Assembly (NCBI RefSeq): GCF_009834535.1
Contig: NC_045696.1
Span: forward strand, 88,352,001-88,416,000
Direction of reading: 5' to 3'
Length of the DNA: 64,000 nucleotides
Source of the DNA: Camelus ferus
Lineage: Eukaryota
The notes beneath the pieces are model-generated. The model did no database searches and was not told the origin of the DNA. It saw nothing but the letters and a program-made list of their open reading frames with translations. The position numbers and the translations under genes were made by a program. Shown here in pieces: positions 12,761 through 27,189 of this stretch; position 1 is the stretch's first letter, and each line of letters opens with the position of its first letter.

Positions 12761-15700
12761 CTGTATCCATGTCAACTATCTCTTAACCACCAGCTCCATT
12801 CCTTCAATTCCCAGTTTCATCTCTGTACAATATTGCCTCTAAACTTTGAACACTGTCCCCCATTATCCATCCCATGCTTGTCCTTTCGATCTGAAATGGA
12901 CTTGACTTCTCTGATTCAATCCCCTCCTTATTCCTGGCTCAATCCATCCTCAGTATCTACTCCAGGAAATGAAGCCTAGGCTCCCAGGACCAAACTAATC
13001 ATTAGCCAGATGCACAAGACTGCCACTGAGCTTATCTAGAGCCCCCCTTGGGAAGAAACTGGGTAACAGTACATGATGGCTGGACATGCTATAATTACCA
13101 TGAGTACCATTAGAAGGAGGGCACAATTCTGCCACACTGTCTGCTGCTTCTACCACCACCAGCAGCAGCACCTTTCCATGTCCTGGGTGTGTGAAGAGTG
13201 GTCTGGTTCAACCCACCACCACCAGAGCAACAAGTGATTTATTGGGGACAACAAAAATAAACTGAGAGACCCAAAGTATGAAAGTAGAGAAGACTATAAG
13301 CTCCCTTGAGGTGAAAATTATGTATGTCTTATTTATAATTGCCTCTTCAGGGCATGCTAGTATCTAACATGTTACTAGTTTCTCAATAAATCTGTTGAAA
13401 TAATTAATTAGGAAAAGAGTGGTACTGTCTTTGATCTCCATCTTACTGTCCTTTAAAGGAAATTAAATCAATAAATATGTTGTTCCAATCATGGTGTAAG
13501 GCTTTGCAAATGTATAAATAGATGAAATGAGTTACACATAATCTTTACTCACGAGAACTTCTCAAGAAGTTATCTACCTCATAAAGTTTTGTAAGGATAA
13601 CATGAATGTACATAAGGCACTTAGAACAATGCCTGACATAGTAAGCACTGTTTGCCATTACTATTTCCTCTTAAGAACAAAGACATCCTATAGGCCTGTA
13701 ATCTCAATTGACTTGGTTATGCAAATCTCAACCACAAATCTTAAGCAGAACAGAAGATAATGGGAAAACAAAGTAATACAAAGCAATGCTAAATCACACA
13801 TTCCACATTCCATCTGGCAGTTTTAACCAGTGAGCTGCAGTTTCATATTCTCTCCCTTCCTTGATCACCCTTTTGATCTAGACATACAAGAAAGGTGATG
13901 AACTCAAAAATGCAAGCAACAAGAAGTTGGAAAATAAGAAACTGGTGCATTTCAGATTAGACGGTCAGCCCCTTACTGGGGGAATGCTTCACCTGCCCCA
14001 GTGCTACTCTGACGCAGGGTTCAAATTCTTCCCTGCCTACTCCCTGGCTACAGAAGGATGGAGGAGTGGGGAGAAGCCTGTGCTAGGATTAGCAAACTTT
14101 CAGATGTAGAAGGGCATGGTTCTGGGAATCAAGCCTCTCATCCGAGCTCTGCACAGACCTCTCAGTGATCCATGGTGAATCACCTCAATTCTTTCTTCTT
14201 CTGTTTCATCTACAGAATGAGAATATGCCTATGCTCTGCCCCTCATAAATGTTGTGAAAATAAGTTGAAATAACACAGGGGAAGGCATTTTGAGAGTATA
14301 AAGTACTATAAAAAGTCTTACTAGTGACAGAGTTAGTATTAGTATAGCATTAATATAGCTTTCCCTAAAGTTAACAGATACACAAAATAAAGGCTCTATT
14401 ATCAAATTAATTTAGCAAATGATTCGTTAAGAAAATTCTCCAGATTTCTCCGCTTAGGATAGTGGTTTCCAACCCTCTCAAATCCAATGTTCTCTCGTTG
14501 TAAACAGGTATCTCTGTAACACCTCCTTTACCATCCTGAAACAAAATTCATAGGTATGTCCTACATAAAAGTAATTTTTCGAAAGACCAACAATAGCATA
14601 ATATGTATTTTAATATGTAAATCTTGGAAATGACTAAACCAAAAGACATAGGTAGTCAGCCCCCTGCCTTCACATGGAAAATTATGGTGAATGTGCCAGC
14701 TGCACACACAGGCTACACAGTCACACTGTATCGGGGATTCAAACACAACCAGTGCTGTTTGCTCATGATGCCCTTTTCTGAAATGGTAAAAAATTCTTGG
14801 TAAAGCTCCAAACAAAACAGAATACAATCTCCCCTTAATTTACATGGTCATTGTATTCCAAAGGCATATCAGTGACTACTCTTATGAAATCATGATTTTG
14901 TGTTTATATGTAAAAGAATTAGTTTCTAAGCTTAATTATAAATAGATTTTAAAGCTACCTGACCGTAAGGACAACAGTAAGTCCCAGGAAGCAAGGGACA
15001 ACTCTTGCTTTTACGGGACAGATTGTGCCCTGCAGGCTATCCATGACCTCTGGGCCAACTGGTGTGACAACAAAAACACTCCCACAGATTTATAATTTAT
15101 AAAATGTCCCCTCGGGGATAGTACTGCTCCACTGAAAATCACCACTATAGGCTTCAGGGTGTCTCTAACCTGATAGTATGAGCTGTACCTAAGACAACAG
15201 TTTGCCATTGCTTAACCACAGAACACTTCCCGAGCAGCTTCAAGAAAGACTATCATTTCACTCATCACACTTTTGGAAATACTGGTATTGATCATTTTGA
15301 AAAAGTGAATTCAATAGTGAAAACATACTGAGTACTTGCCACAAGTAACCAGCAGTAACAAGGTTCTGAAGATATGTTTTCCAGGGGTAGAAAACCTGAT
15401 ACTTGGCTGGTCCTCTTATCAATAATCCAGAAAAGGTATCATGTCTCCAAAGACAAGAGAGAAGGAGCTCATAGAAAATTTTCTAGGATAATCAGACTCA
15501 CAGAGCCATCAGTACCATTCAGGATAAATGGTATGAAAGTTTCACACTTGGAGTACAAGCTGCTGCTTGGAAATCACTTTTATGGTCCTTGAACATATTA
15601 ATTCATACTCATTTTTCAAGGGCTGTAAATTTCTCTATGCGCATTTCTCAAAAGGAAACTGGATTTGTAGATCAGTCCAGGGAATGAGGTGGATAATCTT

Positions 15701-16186
15701 GGCTATTTTTTCCTTATCAATTCAATACACAAAATTAAAGCAATGAAATGTTTATTTCCACTATTTTCCCAAAGCTGCAGGTTTTATAAGCATTGAAAGA
15801 TACATAAAATTGGAAAGTTCACATTTTAATACTTCTCCCAAACCTGGCTGGCTTTAACTCATAACCTAACGATTACTAGAAAAATAAATAAAAGCCCCAC
15901 TATCAATGGCCTAGTGAGACTAAAACTATCCCAATTCTCTATCTCAAATGAAAGGAATGGACTCTAGCAAATAATTACAGGGCAATCAGGTGAGTGCTAT
16001 TAGCTACAGGATCACAGAGAAAGACACCTCTCTCCACCTGGAGCCCCAGGAAGGGTTTCTTGAAGACTAATTAATAGAAAGCCAAAATTATCTCCTTAAT
16101 TACACTGTCAATACATTTTATTTTAACAGATTTTAAGATAAGTGTGAGAGTAAGACTTCTGATTTTCTAAGTACTTATCACGCATT

Positions 16187-16202
16187 GGTGCCATCTGGTG
16201 GA
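16187..16202 (-). promoter_or_regulatory. Candidate CTCF site
   Basis: Minus strand TCCACCAGATGGCACC fits the CCASYAGRKGGCRS core. Confidence 0.55.
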
Positions 16203-17069
16203 CATTTTTAGCTAAAGCTAAAATTACTGTTTAAAAGAATTTGGGGCTTTCTCCTCTTTAAAAAAAAAAAAGGAAAGAGAAGAACACATTTTTATTATTT
16301 TGCAATATATTTTATATTACAGTTTCTGTAACTGGGTGACCAATTCAATCCTATGGGGTTCTCTACCAACCTAAGTCAGTTCTCTTACCACATGGCCACA
16401 TCTCACCTTTATTCAGATTTATGAATGGGTTAAGTTAACCACATTATATGTAAAATTTGCAAAGCAAATTCAAGTGAAATGATCAATAAGAGAGCACAGT
16501 GTTTGTCAATATTTTTAAAACTACTTCCATTCATCCAATAGTTTTTAGAGAGACTTTTATTTATTCAAAAAATCTAAATTATGGATATCAGTTGCCCTGC
16601 CTAAGCAAGATCCAGAGAAGCACATACCTTAATAAGAAGAAAGAATTTATGGCTATAACTACATCAAAGTTAAGTATTTCTGTTTAGTGACAGACATTAT
16701 TTGCAAATTTAACAACTACTAAAATGAGTAAAGATATCTGCAATGTCTGAAACCAATAAGGACTATTTATACAAGACATTTCATCAAGTCAACATAAGAC
16801 AGAAAAATCGAAGAAAGAAGAGCAGAAGTAAATAAGCACTGGCTAAAAATGGAAATGATAGTCAGCATGTTATCAAATAAATATTAAAATGAGGTATCAC
16901 TTTACACCTATCAGGTTGACAAAAAAAAATTCATAAAGTCTGATACTAGCAAGTGCTAGTGAAAGTGTAAGGAAACAGAAGCCATCAAGTATCGCTGTTA
17001 AGAAAGAAATCTGACAGTACTTAGTTAAGTATGCATATATCCCACAACCCAACAATGACATTCCTGGGT

Positions 17070-17602
17070 ATATTAGTTACCTGGCGGTGTAACAAGTTAC
17101 CCAAGATTTAGAGGCTTAAAATGACAAACATTAGCTCAAAATTTCTGTAGGTCTGGAATCTAGATGCAGTTTAGCTGGGGCCCTCTGAGGTGTCTCTCAA
17201 AAGATTACAATCAAGGGTCAGCTGGGGCTGCAGTTACCTCAGGAGTAACTGGGGAAGCATCTGCTTCCAAGCTCACTCACAAAGCTGTTGTCATGCCTCA
17301 GAGACTAACTGACTGTTGGTCAGAGACATGGACCTCTCCACAGGTCAGTCCACAACATAGCAGCTGGCTTCCCCCAAAGAAGAAAGAATGAGAAATGGCA
17401 AGTATGATAGAAGTCACAGATCTTTAAAGGAAAAAAAAAAAAAACTGATCTTGGAAGTGACATCTCATCACAGCTGTCAGCTTCTATTCACCAGAAGAGA
17501 ATCACGAACCCCAGCCCATGTTAAACGGGAGGAGACTCAACAAGGGCATGGGTATGAGGAGACAGGGATCACTGGGAGCCATGTTAGAGGCTGCCTGTTA
17601 CC
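17070..17602 (-). mobile_element. MLT1-like MaLR LTR nested in old L1 (16860-17870)
   Basis: tattagtta...gcttaaaa...acaaaca start and ggctgcct...cca end; L1-like sequence on both sides. Confidence 0.6.
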
Positions 17603-18063
17603 ATACAGGATATATACCCTAGAAACTCAACAGACCAACAATAAAACAGGCATGAGGCTGTTCACTGTAATATGTATGCAAGATAATTGCAGGAAACCTG
17701 AATGTCCATCAATGGGAAACAGATGAGAAGAGAAAGGGAGAGTATCATGCAACAAAAAACAGTGAACCAATTTACAAGATGGATCCATTTCAAAATCCTA
17801 ATGTTAAGTGTAAAAAGGTAATAAAAAGTAAAAATTTCAGCACAACAGCATTTATTTAAATTTAACCCATGAAAAACATTACATATCTTTCAAGAATTTC
17901 CATGTATCTATGTAAAAGCATGAGAGGTAGACATATACATGGCATGGGTGACAACGGGAAGAAGGAATGGGCATGATGATTTGCATGAACCAAAATCAAT
18001 GTGCCATGAAATGAGTATAATCAATTCAATTCCGTGGATGTAAAAGCATTAAAAACAAAGTCC

Positions 18064-18214
18064 GGGGGAGGATATAGCTCAAGTCGTAGAGTGTGTGCTT
18101 AGCATGCAAGAGGTCCTGGGATGAATCCCCAGTACCCTCCATCAAAAAACTACATAAATAAACCTAATGACCTCCCTCTGCAAAAAAAAAAAAAAATAGA
18201 AAGAAAGAAAAAAA
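18064..18214 (+). mobile_element. tRNA-Ala-derived SINE (camelid vic-1-like)
   Basis: A box tagctcaagt, cttagcatg anticodon arm, damaged B box, A-rich tail. Confidence 0.85.
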
Positions 18215-20091
18215 GCCCAAAACACAAGGAGTAAAATGAATGCATCCCTTTACTACTGTGGCTCAAGTCCCCGAATTCTCCTTCCTAGACACACAGTTTC
18301 TGGTTATGGAAGATAAGTGCATATGCATAAGAAGGGACTGCACAGGTTAGTTACTTGTTATTTTTTACCCCACATACCCTTCAATATGCTGCTCTGAACA
18401 TCTGGGAAACATCAAACTATATTCCTAAGCTCTCTTGCCAGGTAGCTTTCTATGAGGCACTGAAAGGAACCAAGGAAGCTGAAGAAAAAAGACCCCAGCT
18501 TCCATTGTGTGCCAGTTGCTGGCAGACACTCTTGCTGCTATGGAAATGGAGTGATTCCAGATGAGAAGCCGGCACAGGAACAGCACTCTTTGGTTAAGTG
18601 ACACCTCTTCAGCAGATCCAGGCTGGCCTCTAACAGTGCCTTCAAGAGTACAGCCACAGGTCAACTTAAGGGTGGCAGCATCTGCACCTCTGATCTCTGA
18701 GCATCACCCCTTCATCTTCATTTTTACTGTTCCAGGCCCATTTGTCTTCCTTTTCGCACTTCCAGACCCTTTATGTCAGTACAGAGAGTACAGACCATCT
18801 GAAAAATACTGCTTTTCTATTACCTTGACAATAATGGGACCCCACAGTTTTAAACAACCGAATTTCCATTTTACAGATAAGGAGATTGAGTTATTTGCCT
18901 GAGGATCACAGCTGCGATGTGAACCCTGGACATCTGGCTCCTAAGCCTATGCACTCCACTATGTTCTTCCTTTCATACACAAGTCCAGTAAAACTGTATT
19001 TCCACGTGATGCCATTTTAAAAAAGAAATGTGACTGTATGATAAAGATAGCCGAGTAACACCTGTGGGCCTTTTAAGTAAGCATTTATTTTGTATCCTCA
19101 TGCCTTAGAAAAAGGAAAATACAAAATAAGTTACACAATAAAGGATATGACTGACCTCCCTTCCTTTCTGATAGATTCATTCATATGCTTGGGGTAAATA
19201 TGGCTCCATGTGTCATAGTACAGGTCTGATGCTAAACTTGCCATGGTTCAGTCAGTGAGAAGCACCAGATCGGGCAAATATATTGTCAGACCTGTAATCC
19301 ATGTTAGATTTGCATCATAAACTATTTTTTAAAATAATTAAAAGAGGTACTAAGACAAATCATAACACAATCCTTAAAATTCTTTTTTTTAAAAAAAGCA
19401 TTTGTATTTTCTTGCTTACACTAGAAATTCTCAAATCACAGAACACTGGGGAAAATAGTATAGGACATTGGTGATGTTATCATCACTGAATTAGGTTAGA
19501 GTCCAAAGCTAGGGGCTGTTAGATGATTTTACACCCCAAATCAGTAAGCCTCAACCCAACTCCTGTGAGCTTCAGTTTATCCCCAAATATCTGACAACAA
19601 AGGAGCATGTTACTGTAAACAATTACGCTTTGAACATTCTTAATGGAAAGAAAACTGCTTTTAATTTGCTAACACAAAGGTCTCCTGATTGCCGAAACTA
19701 AAAATCGCTAGTCCTCTGTTAGTTGCCTTCTGCCTAATAATAACCTAATAATCATAAAAGAAGACCCTCTGATCTCTCTTCCCTTTATCCAACATCAGCA
19801 ATAATAATGATCCCCTTTTGTGGGACTCCTATAAATTCCATTAGACAGAACCAAATAAACACATACATACACACATGTACCCTCTTACGTCACATTAACT
19901 TTTCTCTAAAGAACATTTCAGATTATCAGGAATGAATTGTCCAATAAAATGTCTCAATAGTCACTTAAATTTCTTTCAAATAAATCACTCGATTATTTAT
20001 TAGTATTTATTACTGTGATTTATTATTTATTTGATTATTAAAGGAAGAATTATTTCTTTTCCTCTAATACTAGCTCTTATACATGGCAATG

Positions 20092-20655
20092 CTTTTAATT
20101 CTTAACTTTTAATTCTGAAATAATTATACACTCACAGAACATAACAAAAAAAAGTACAGGGAGGCCCTGTGCATTCTGCACCTATGCTCCCAGCATGGAA
20201 ACATCTTGCATAACTACAGCACGTGATCAAGCCCAGGAAACTAACACTGAGACAATCCACAGAGTTTATTCAGATTTTATCAGTTTTACAAGCACATGTG
20301 TATGTGTATCTGCCTGTCTGCACATTTTATCACCTGCATAGTTTCATGTGATCATCACCACAATCAAAACATGGAACTATTCCATCACCAAAAAGCTCCC
20401 TTTATAGCCACACACAACCTCCACATACAAGCCCATCCCTAAACCCTGGCAATCACTAAGCTGTTCTCCATCTATAAAACTGTTGCTTCAAGTTTGTTAC
20501 ATTAATGGAACCACATAGTATATAACCTTTTGAAATTGGATCTTTTGACTCAGCATAATTCCCTTGAGATCCATCCAAGTTGTGTGTATCAAAAGTTCAT
20601 TTCTTTTTACTGATGAATAATATTCCATGGCATGAATGTACAAGTTTGTTTATAA
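20092..20655 (-). mobile_element. Old L1 (L1MC-like) 3' fragment
   Basis: Antisense L1 3'UTR motifs (cctggcaatcactaa.ctgttctccatct). Confidence 0.65.
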
Positions 20656-21089
20656 GCAACAAACTTTCAATTTTCTAAAAAACAGCTTTTTTTCCCTAAC
20701 AAAATCTTACCTGAAAACCAAATATCTAAAAAAAGTAAAGCTGCGAGCCTGACGCAGGGTTGGGAGCAACTGGAGCTAGGTCTTCTTGGCCTCCCCAGTC
20801 TGCCCAAGGCACCTATATTTAAATCAGTAAAACTTGTAATACTGGCAAAAGGGAGAGAGCATGGGAATGTACCCAATGTAACTGTTGTATCTGCTCACAA
20901 CAACAGTGAAAGCAGCAGTGAAAGCCAGGCTGCTTTAAGGGAATCTGTAGAAGTACATCCACTACCATGTAGGTTAAGTTTAACCCTATCAGATAAGTGG
21001 GGGAAAGGGAGGTTGCCTATTTCTACAATCAGAGAAGGTATTATCCATCAAGAACCACTTAATGAAATAAATTTTAAAGATGCAGAGAC

Positions 21090-21486
21090 TATTAGTTAGC
21101 TATTGCCAGTAATACTACATGAAAAACTACCCCAAAACTCAATGGTGTAACCGTAATTATTTAGTCTTAAACTCAGGGGTTCAGCAGATGTACAGGGTGA
21201 CACTGCTTCAAATGTTCCATTCTGAGCCCAGCTAGGGAGGAAGTGACTACTCAGGTTACTTCTCATGGTGAAGGCAGAAGGACAAAAACACAAGTGCAAA
21301 CAAGCAAAGGTATTTTAATCTTACCTTCTTACCATATCCACTAACATCCCACTGCCAAAGCAAGTCACACAGCCAAATCCAAAGGGGCAAAGAAACACAC
21401 TCCACCACCACGAGGATGGGGAAATAGAAAGTTATATATTACTTACAAAGGAATTAAGAATTGTTACCAACAATTCAATCTACCAC
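21090..21486 (-). mobile_element. MLT1-like MaLR LTR
   Basis: attagttagctattgc...aatctaccaca termini. Confidence 0.6.
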
Positions 21487-22959
21487 ACTCAGAAGACTTG
21501 CTATCTCCCAAAATATTTCCTCCATCTGAATGAGCCTTTGCTTAAGCCTTTGATCTCTAACAAATATGAAAATACTCTCAAGAATAACATTTTATTCCGT
21601 AACTATTTATTTATCCCTTACTTATAAATATCAGACCATTTCCTATGAAAAGAGAGAAAGGGAAAACAAAGAGTAAGGGATTGGGAGAACAACCCCAAAC
21701 AGACTTTTTGCAATATTACAAATTTACCTACCATCAGAGTCTGTGTATTCTCACACAGACACAAAAGGTAAAATGCTAAAATGGAACTCTACATTCAGAA
21801 CACAGATATTTTTAAGATTCTCTTTGAAACACAGAATTCCACATGCCAGACTATTCAGAGCGTCACCACTCCCAGGAATCTATCTTGTAACACTCCACAG
21901 AGACTTCTACACCTTCCTTTATGCTGACTCTAGAATCCAGATGAATGCTAATTTATCTCAGCCCCTGTCTAGTAGTCAGTGGTTCAACATTATTCTGATC
22001 CAAATGTATAAACACAGAAAAACTACCAGAGGTATTTTATATTTCTTGAATACTGCCCAACAGTTTATCCTTCTGATTATAGGTTACGGGTTTCTCTGTG
22101 CAAATCATTTGCACTTCTCTGTCCAAATGACTATTTTCAAATAGTATTTTGTGCTATTATATACAATAAAGTTCCCTGGAGGAAGAAAACAATTTACTGT
22201 GTGTTAAACAGTTTGTCTTAACACTACTTCAGACTTCTGTGGCTAACTAGCACTACTCACATAAAATTTACCAAGTTTAGAATTAAATACAGGTTTTGTT
22301 CCTATAAGTAAAATGAAGTCTACATGAACAACTCTCCCTACAAATCCCAATTACTGCCTCTCTAATGCTATTAAGATTGGCTTGATTTCTAGTTTATGGA
22401 CAGACTCGTAAGGAAATTATTTAAAGTAAAACTATACCCAACAAAAATTTCTACCCATTTTTCAAAATACTGACTTCAACCAGATCATACTACTAATTAT
22501 GTATTTGAGAACCTATACATTGTATTTGTATTGCCTTAAAGAAATATAGTCTAGTTAGAAAGACAAACACATTTAAAAATAGTAGTAACTCCAGAGGCAT
22601 ATAAAAACTAACCAAGTAGGACAGACTAACTGCAACAGAAGTTCAAAAAAACGATCACTATGGACCAGGCCTCACCTACTTAAGTCTAGAAAGCATTAAG
22701 TGAAAAAAAGAAAACACGTCAATCACCTACAACATTAAGACTGTAAAAGAGACACTCTCAGAAACTACCACATGATAAGTGTCTTTCTGGAAAGGATTTT
22801 TCTAAAGTGTCCTGAGATCCTTACATGCTCTTTGACAGTAATTTTATTCCAAAGAAAATAATGAGCAAAATGGACAGATTCTTACAGGAAAAGGAAAAAG
22901 GAAAAAGGAAAAAACCTGGCAATGATCAACTTTAGAGACAGGGTAATTAAATGTTGGTT

Positions 22960-23570
22960 TATCAGTCTACCAACTGTCTAATGCCACAATGCTGTGCAAC
23001 AACCACAAACCCTCAGTGGCATTTAAGTTTACTGTTCACGTGTCCAGGGTTAGCTGGGAGTTGGCTTGGCACCTCTGATGATCTTAGCTGGGCTTGCTCA
23101 ACGTCTGAGGGCTGACTGGCTTCATACAAGGCAACTGGGGCAACCTGGTCTGTACTATTTGTATCTCTTCCTCCAACACTCAACCAGGCATGTTTTCATA
23201 GTTATGACAAAGGCCTAACTCCTCCTAAGACCTAAGCTCAGAATCTGTACTTCATTCTAATTACCAAAACACAGACAAGAGTAGAAGGGCACTATAAAGT
23301 TATGTCAGGGGTCAGTAAACTGTAGGCTACAGGCAAAACCTGACCCACTGCCTGTTTTTTAAATAAAGTTTTATTAGAATATAGTCTCTTCCTTTCCTGT
23401 ACATACTGTCCATGGCTCTTTCACGCTACAACAGCAGAGTAGTTGTGACAGAGACCAAATGACCTGCAAAGCCTTAAATGTTTATCATTTGGTCCTATTG
23501 TGAGTTATAGGATAAAGGGAATGGACACAAGGAAGAATGAAAAATTGGAGCTATTTCTGCAATCTACCAG
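22960..23570 (-). mobile_element. MLT1-like LTR with nested MER58-like hAT element (~23306-23498)
   Basis: caggggtcagtaaact...aaataaagttttattaga inside MaLR-like sequence. Confidence 0.6.
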
Positions 23571-23764
23571 TGGAATATTATTTTATTATTAAATATGTTT
23601 AAGAATAGTTAATGGCTTAGAGAAGGCTAATAAGATAATGTCAAAGAAAAAAGAAGGTACAAAAATATACAGACAGTATGATCCCATCTCTACACAATCA
23701 TGTTTAATTACATACATTACATACAAATAGCTCACATACATATTTATTTTCACATATATTTTTA

Positions 23765-25650
23765 AAGGCAAGCCACAAAGAAAATATTTTCAAAACACAT
23801 ATCTGATAAAGGACCTGTCTCCAGAGTATACAAAGAACTCTTAAAACTCAACAATAAGAATATAATCAACACTGTTGCATATTATACACTTAAGTTGTTA
23901 AGGGTAAATCCTAAGAGTTCTCATCACAAGGAAACTTCTTTTTTCTTTTTCAATTTAATTTTGTACCTATTTGAGACGATGGATGTTCACTAAATTTACT
24001 GTGATAATCATTTTTCTCATGATGTATGTAAGTCATATCGTTATACTGTATACCTTGAACTCATAAAGTGCTGTATGTCAATTAGATATCAATAAAACAG
24101 GAAGGGAAAAAAACAACTCAATAAGAAAACCATATAATTTAAAAATGGGCCAAAGATCTGAACAGATACTTCATTATAGAAGATATACAGGTAGCAAATA
24201 AGCACAGGAAAAGATACTAATCATCATTTATCATCAGGAAACTGCAAATTAAGACAACAGTGAAATACCAGTGTACACCTATTAGAATGGCTAAAATAAA
24301 AAAAAACCCAAAAAACTAGTAATACCAAGTACTGTCAAGAACACAAAGCAACAGAAACTCTTACACATTGCTGGTGGGAATGTAGAACAGCACAGCCACT
24401 TTGGAAGCCAGTCTCTTCCAAAGTTAAATGTAGTGTTACCGTAAAAGCCGGCAATCATGCTTTTAGGTATTTATTCAGTTGATCTGAAAACTTTTATCCA
24501 CACAAAAACCTGCATGTGGAAGTTTATAGTAGATTTACTCATAATCACCAAAAGCTGGAATTAATCAAGGTATCTTTTGATAGGTGACAGGATAAAGAAA
24601 GTATGGCACATCTATACTATGGAATATTGTTCAACAATAAAATTAAATGCACTAACAAGCCACAAAAGACAGGGTAACAGTAAAGGCATATCACTAAATG
24701 AAAGAAGCCAGTATGAAAGACTATGTATTATATGATTCCAATTATATGACCCTCTGGGAAAGGGTAAACTATAGAGACAGTGAAATGATCAGTGGTTGCC
24801 AAAGGTATGGGGTTCAGAATGAACAGGTGAAGTACAGGAGACTCTGAGCGCAGTAAAACTATTCTGTATGATACTGTAATGGTGGACTCATACAAGACAT
24901 TATGCATTTGTCGAAACCCATATAACTTTACAGCACAAAGAATGAACCTTAATGTATGCAACTTTTAAAAAATCATTTATGAGGTCAGGGGATTAAATGC
25001 AGAATGTGACAACAGAGTCTAACTAATACAAATATATGAAAACAACTTCACTGAAGGAGGTGGGAGAAGTTATTTAGGTCACTAAATAACTGAAAATGAG
25101 TGCAGTCTGTAAAACTCAAGGCAAAAGGAACTGTGAACACGCACTTACTGCAATAATGTTTTTCACAGAGCATAAGTTAACAGTTCTGATACCACTATAA
25201 ATGTAGAGTGGAATTAAATAATGAAGTAAATGGATGGCAGGCTATGGGGACCAGGTTTTTTTTAACATCCATACAATTCAGTATTATTCAAAATAAAAAG
25301 TACTCTTGACATATACCATACTTAGACGAATCTCAAGTGCACCATGCTAAGTGAATAAAACCAGACTCAGCTACATACTGTATGGTTTCATTTACATATT
25401 TTGGAAAAAGCAAACCATAAGATTAGAAAAAAGATAAGAAGCTGATGGAGGTTAAGGATGAGTGAAAGGTTTGAAAACAAAGGGGTAGCAAAGGGAATTC
25501 AGGGAGGTTGGGGGGGATAAGAGAATTTTCTTGTATTTTGATTATAGTGATAATTACATGAATCTATACATGTTAAAATTCAAAGAACTGTAAATCAAAG
25601 CATAAACTTGACCATCTATAAATTAATGAATTTCAAAAGAAAAATCAAGT
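23765..25650 (+). mobile_element. Composite old L1 3' regions
   Basis: ORF2-end and 3'UTR motifs (aaaaatgggccaaagatctgaacagata, attagaatggctaaaat). Confidence 0.75.
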
Positions 25651-27074
25651 TAAAATAAAAGCTGCAAAGGATTAAATCCTTTAATTCCTTCAAAGAGAAA
25701 ACCAACAAATAAACCAAGAAAGTTTCGGAACATCTAGACTAACCGAAAGCCCATGTTCCCTAATGCAGTGCATTGAGAATTTAGCATTATGTCTGGGGTA
25801 GTCCTGCTACTAAAAGGGCTTAACCTAAATTTAATCATGAGAAAACTTCAGAGAAGCTTAAACTGAGGTCAATCTATAAAACAACTGATTTGGACGCTTC
25901 AAAAATGTCAATTACATTAAAAAAAAAAAAAAAAAAAAAAAACCTCAGGAACTGGTCCAGATGAAAGAAGTCTAAACAGATATGAGAACTCAATGCAACA
26001 CATAATCCTAGATTTTTTTTTTCCTATAAAGGACTTTATAGTTGGAACAATTGACAAAAATCTCAATTTGGTCCACAATTAAGTAACAGTATTGTATCAA
26101 TGTTTTCTTATTTTGATCACTGTACTGTGATTATTTAAGAAAATTCCCTGATTTGAAAGGGAAAAAGCAAATATTTAGGAAGTTACTCTTAAATGGTTCA
26201 GGAAAAAAAATGAGAAGGAAAGCAGTAAATGAGGTTAAGTATTCATATTTGGCATATGTGAGTGAAAGGTATCCAGGAATTCTCTGTACTAATCTGCAAC
26301 TTTTGTCTGAAATGACATCAAAATTTTAAATAAATTATTTTTAAAAGTAAACATCCTTTGGGCTAAAAATAACAGATCAAGTTATCTAAAGGATGGGAAT
26401 CAACATGAACATATTTAATAAATTAAGAGTCATGGGAAAACTCTTGGCACTTACTCAGTACTGACCAGAGAAGTGTGTTTCAGCACATTGCCTGGAATTC
26501 TGGGTTCTTGCTTAAATGAACCGGATCTTAAGCAAGGAATTAGCTCAATGCTGTTAAACATCTGAACTATACAAGCAACTCTCTCCCCTCAACTATTTCC
26601 TTGCTCATTAGTGATCTTAACTTATAAAACAGCAGCTTCACGAAGATCTGGCTACAAAAAATAATGAATCATACTGACTTTGAAATTATTTATATTTATA
26701 AATCAGGTGCCTGTGATTTTGATTAATTCCCAAATTGTATCAACTCTGGGACATCGAGTTTATTTTGGGACCCAGAAGCCTAGGAGCTACACTCTAAAAT
26801 GGTGGTTTTATCAAGGCTCTGTAACTGTGCACACTCTTGGCTAACAGCTTTTAACTATATTCCCTCACCTTGGCACAGCCTTCTTTTAACAGGTTTCATT
26901 ACTCACAAAGACACATCATCAAAATGAGTACGACTAAATATGGCTAGTGGGAAACTGTATTTTTCAGTGGGAAAATCATATGACAAGTACTTAAAGATTA
27001 GTTCTACTTTGAAAAACTGCATGAGATAGACACTGATGTAACCACTTCAAGGACACAAAAATGGGGAGAACATT

Positions 27075-27189
27075 TTTATTTTCATGCTTTTTAAACTCTT
27101 CACATAGAAGAGGTAAACACATACCACATATAAAAACTTTAAATATGAAGACAGAAAAGGAGCCACCTCAGAAAGCATACGGTTTTATT
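27075..27189 (-). terminator. Candidate NMD3 poly(A) signals
   Basis: Minus-strand AATAAA at 27189-27184 and 27080-27075, ~1.15-1.25 kb after the stop. Confidence 0.55.

Noticed and set aside
11823..12979. Longest ORFs in the track (177 aa and 156 aa)
   Set aside because: They lie antisense within L1 5'UTR and L1 3'-end sequence and have no recognisable protein motifs
18064..18141. Possible tRNA-Ala(AGC) genes (also at 33170 and 52739)
   Set aside because: Damaged A/B boxes and stems, A-rich tails and multiple diverged copies indicate SINEs
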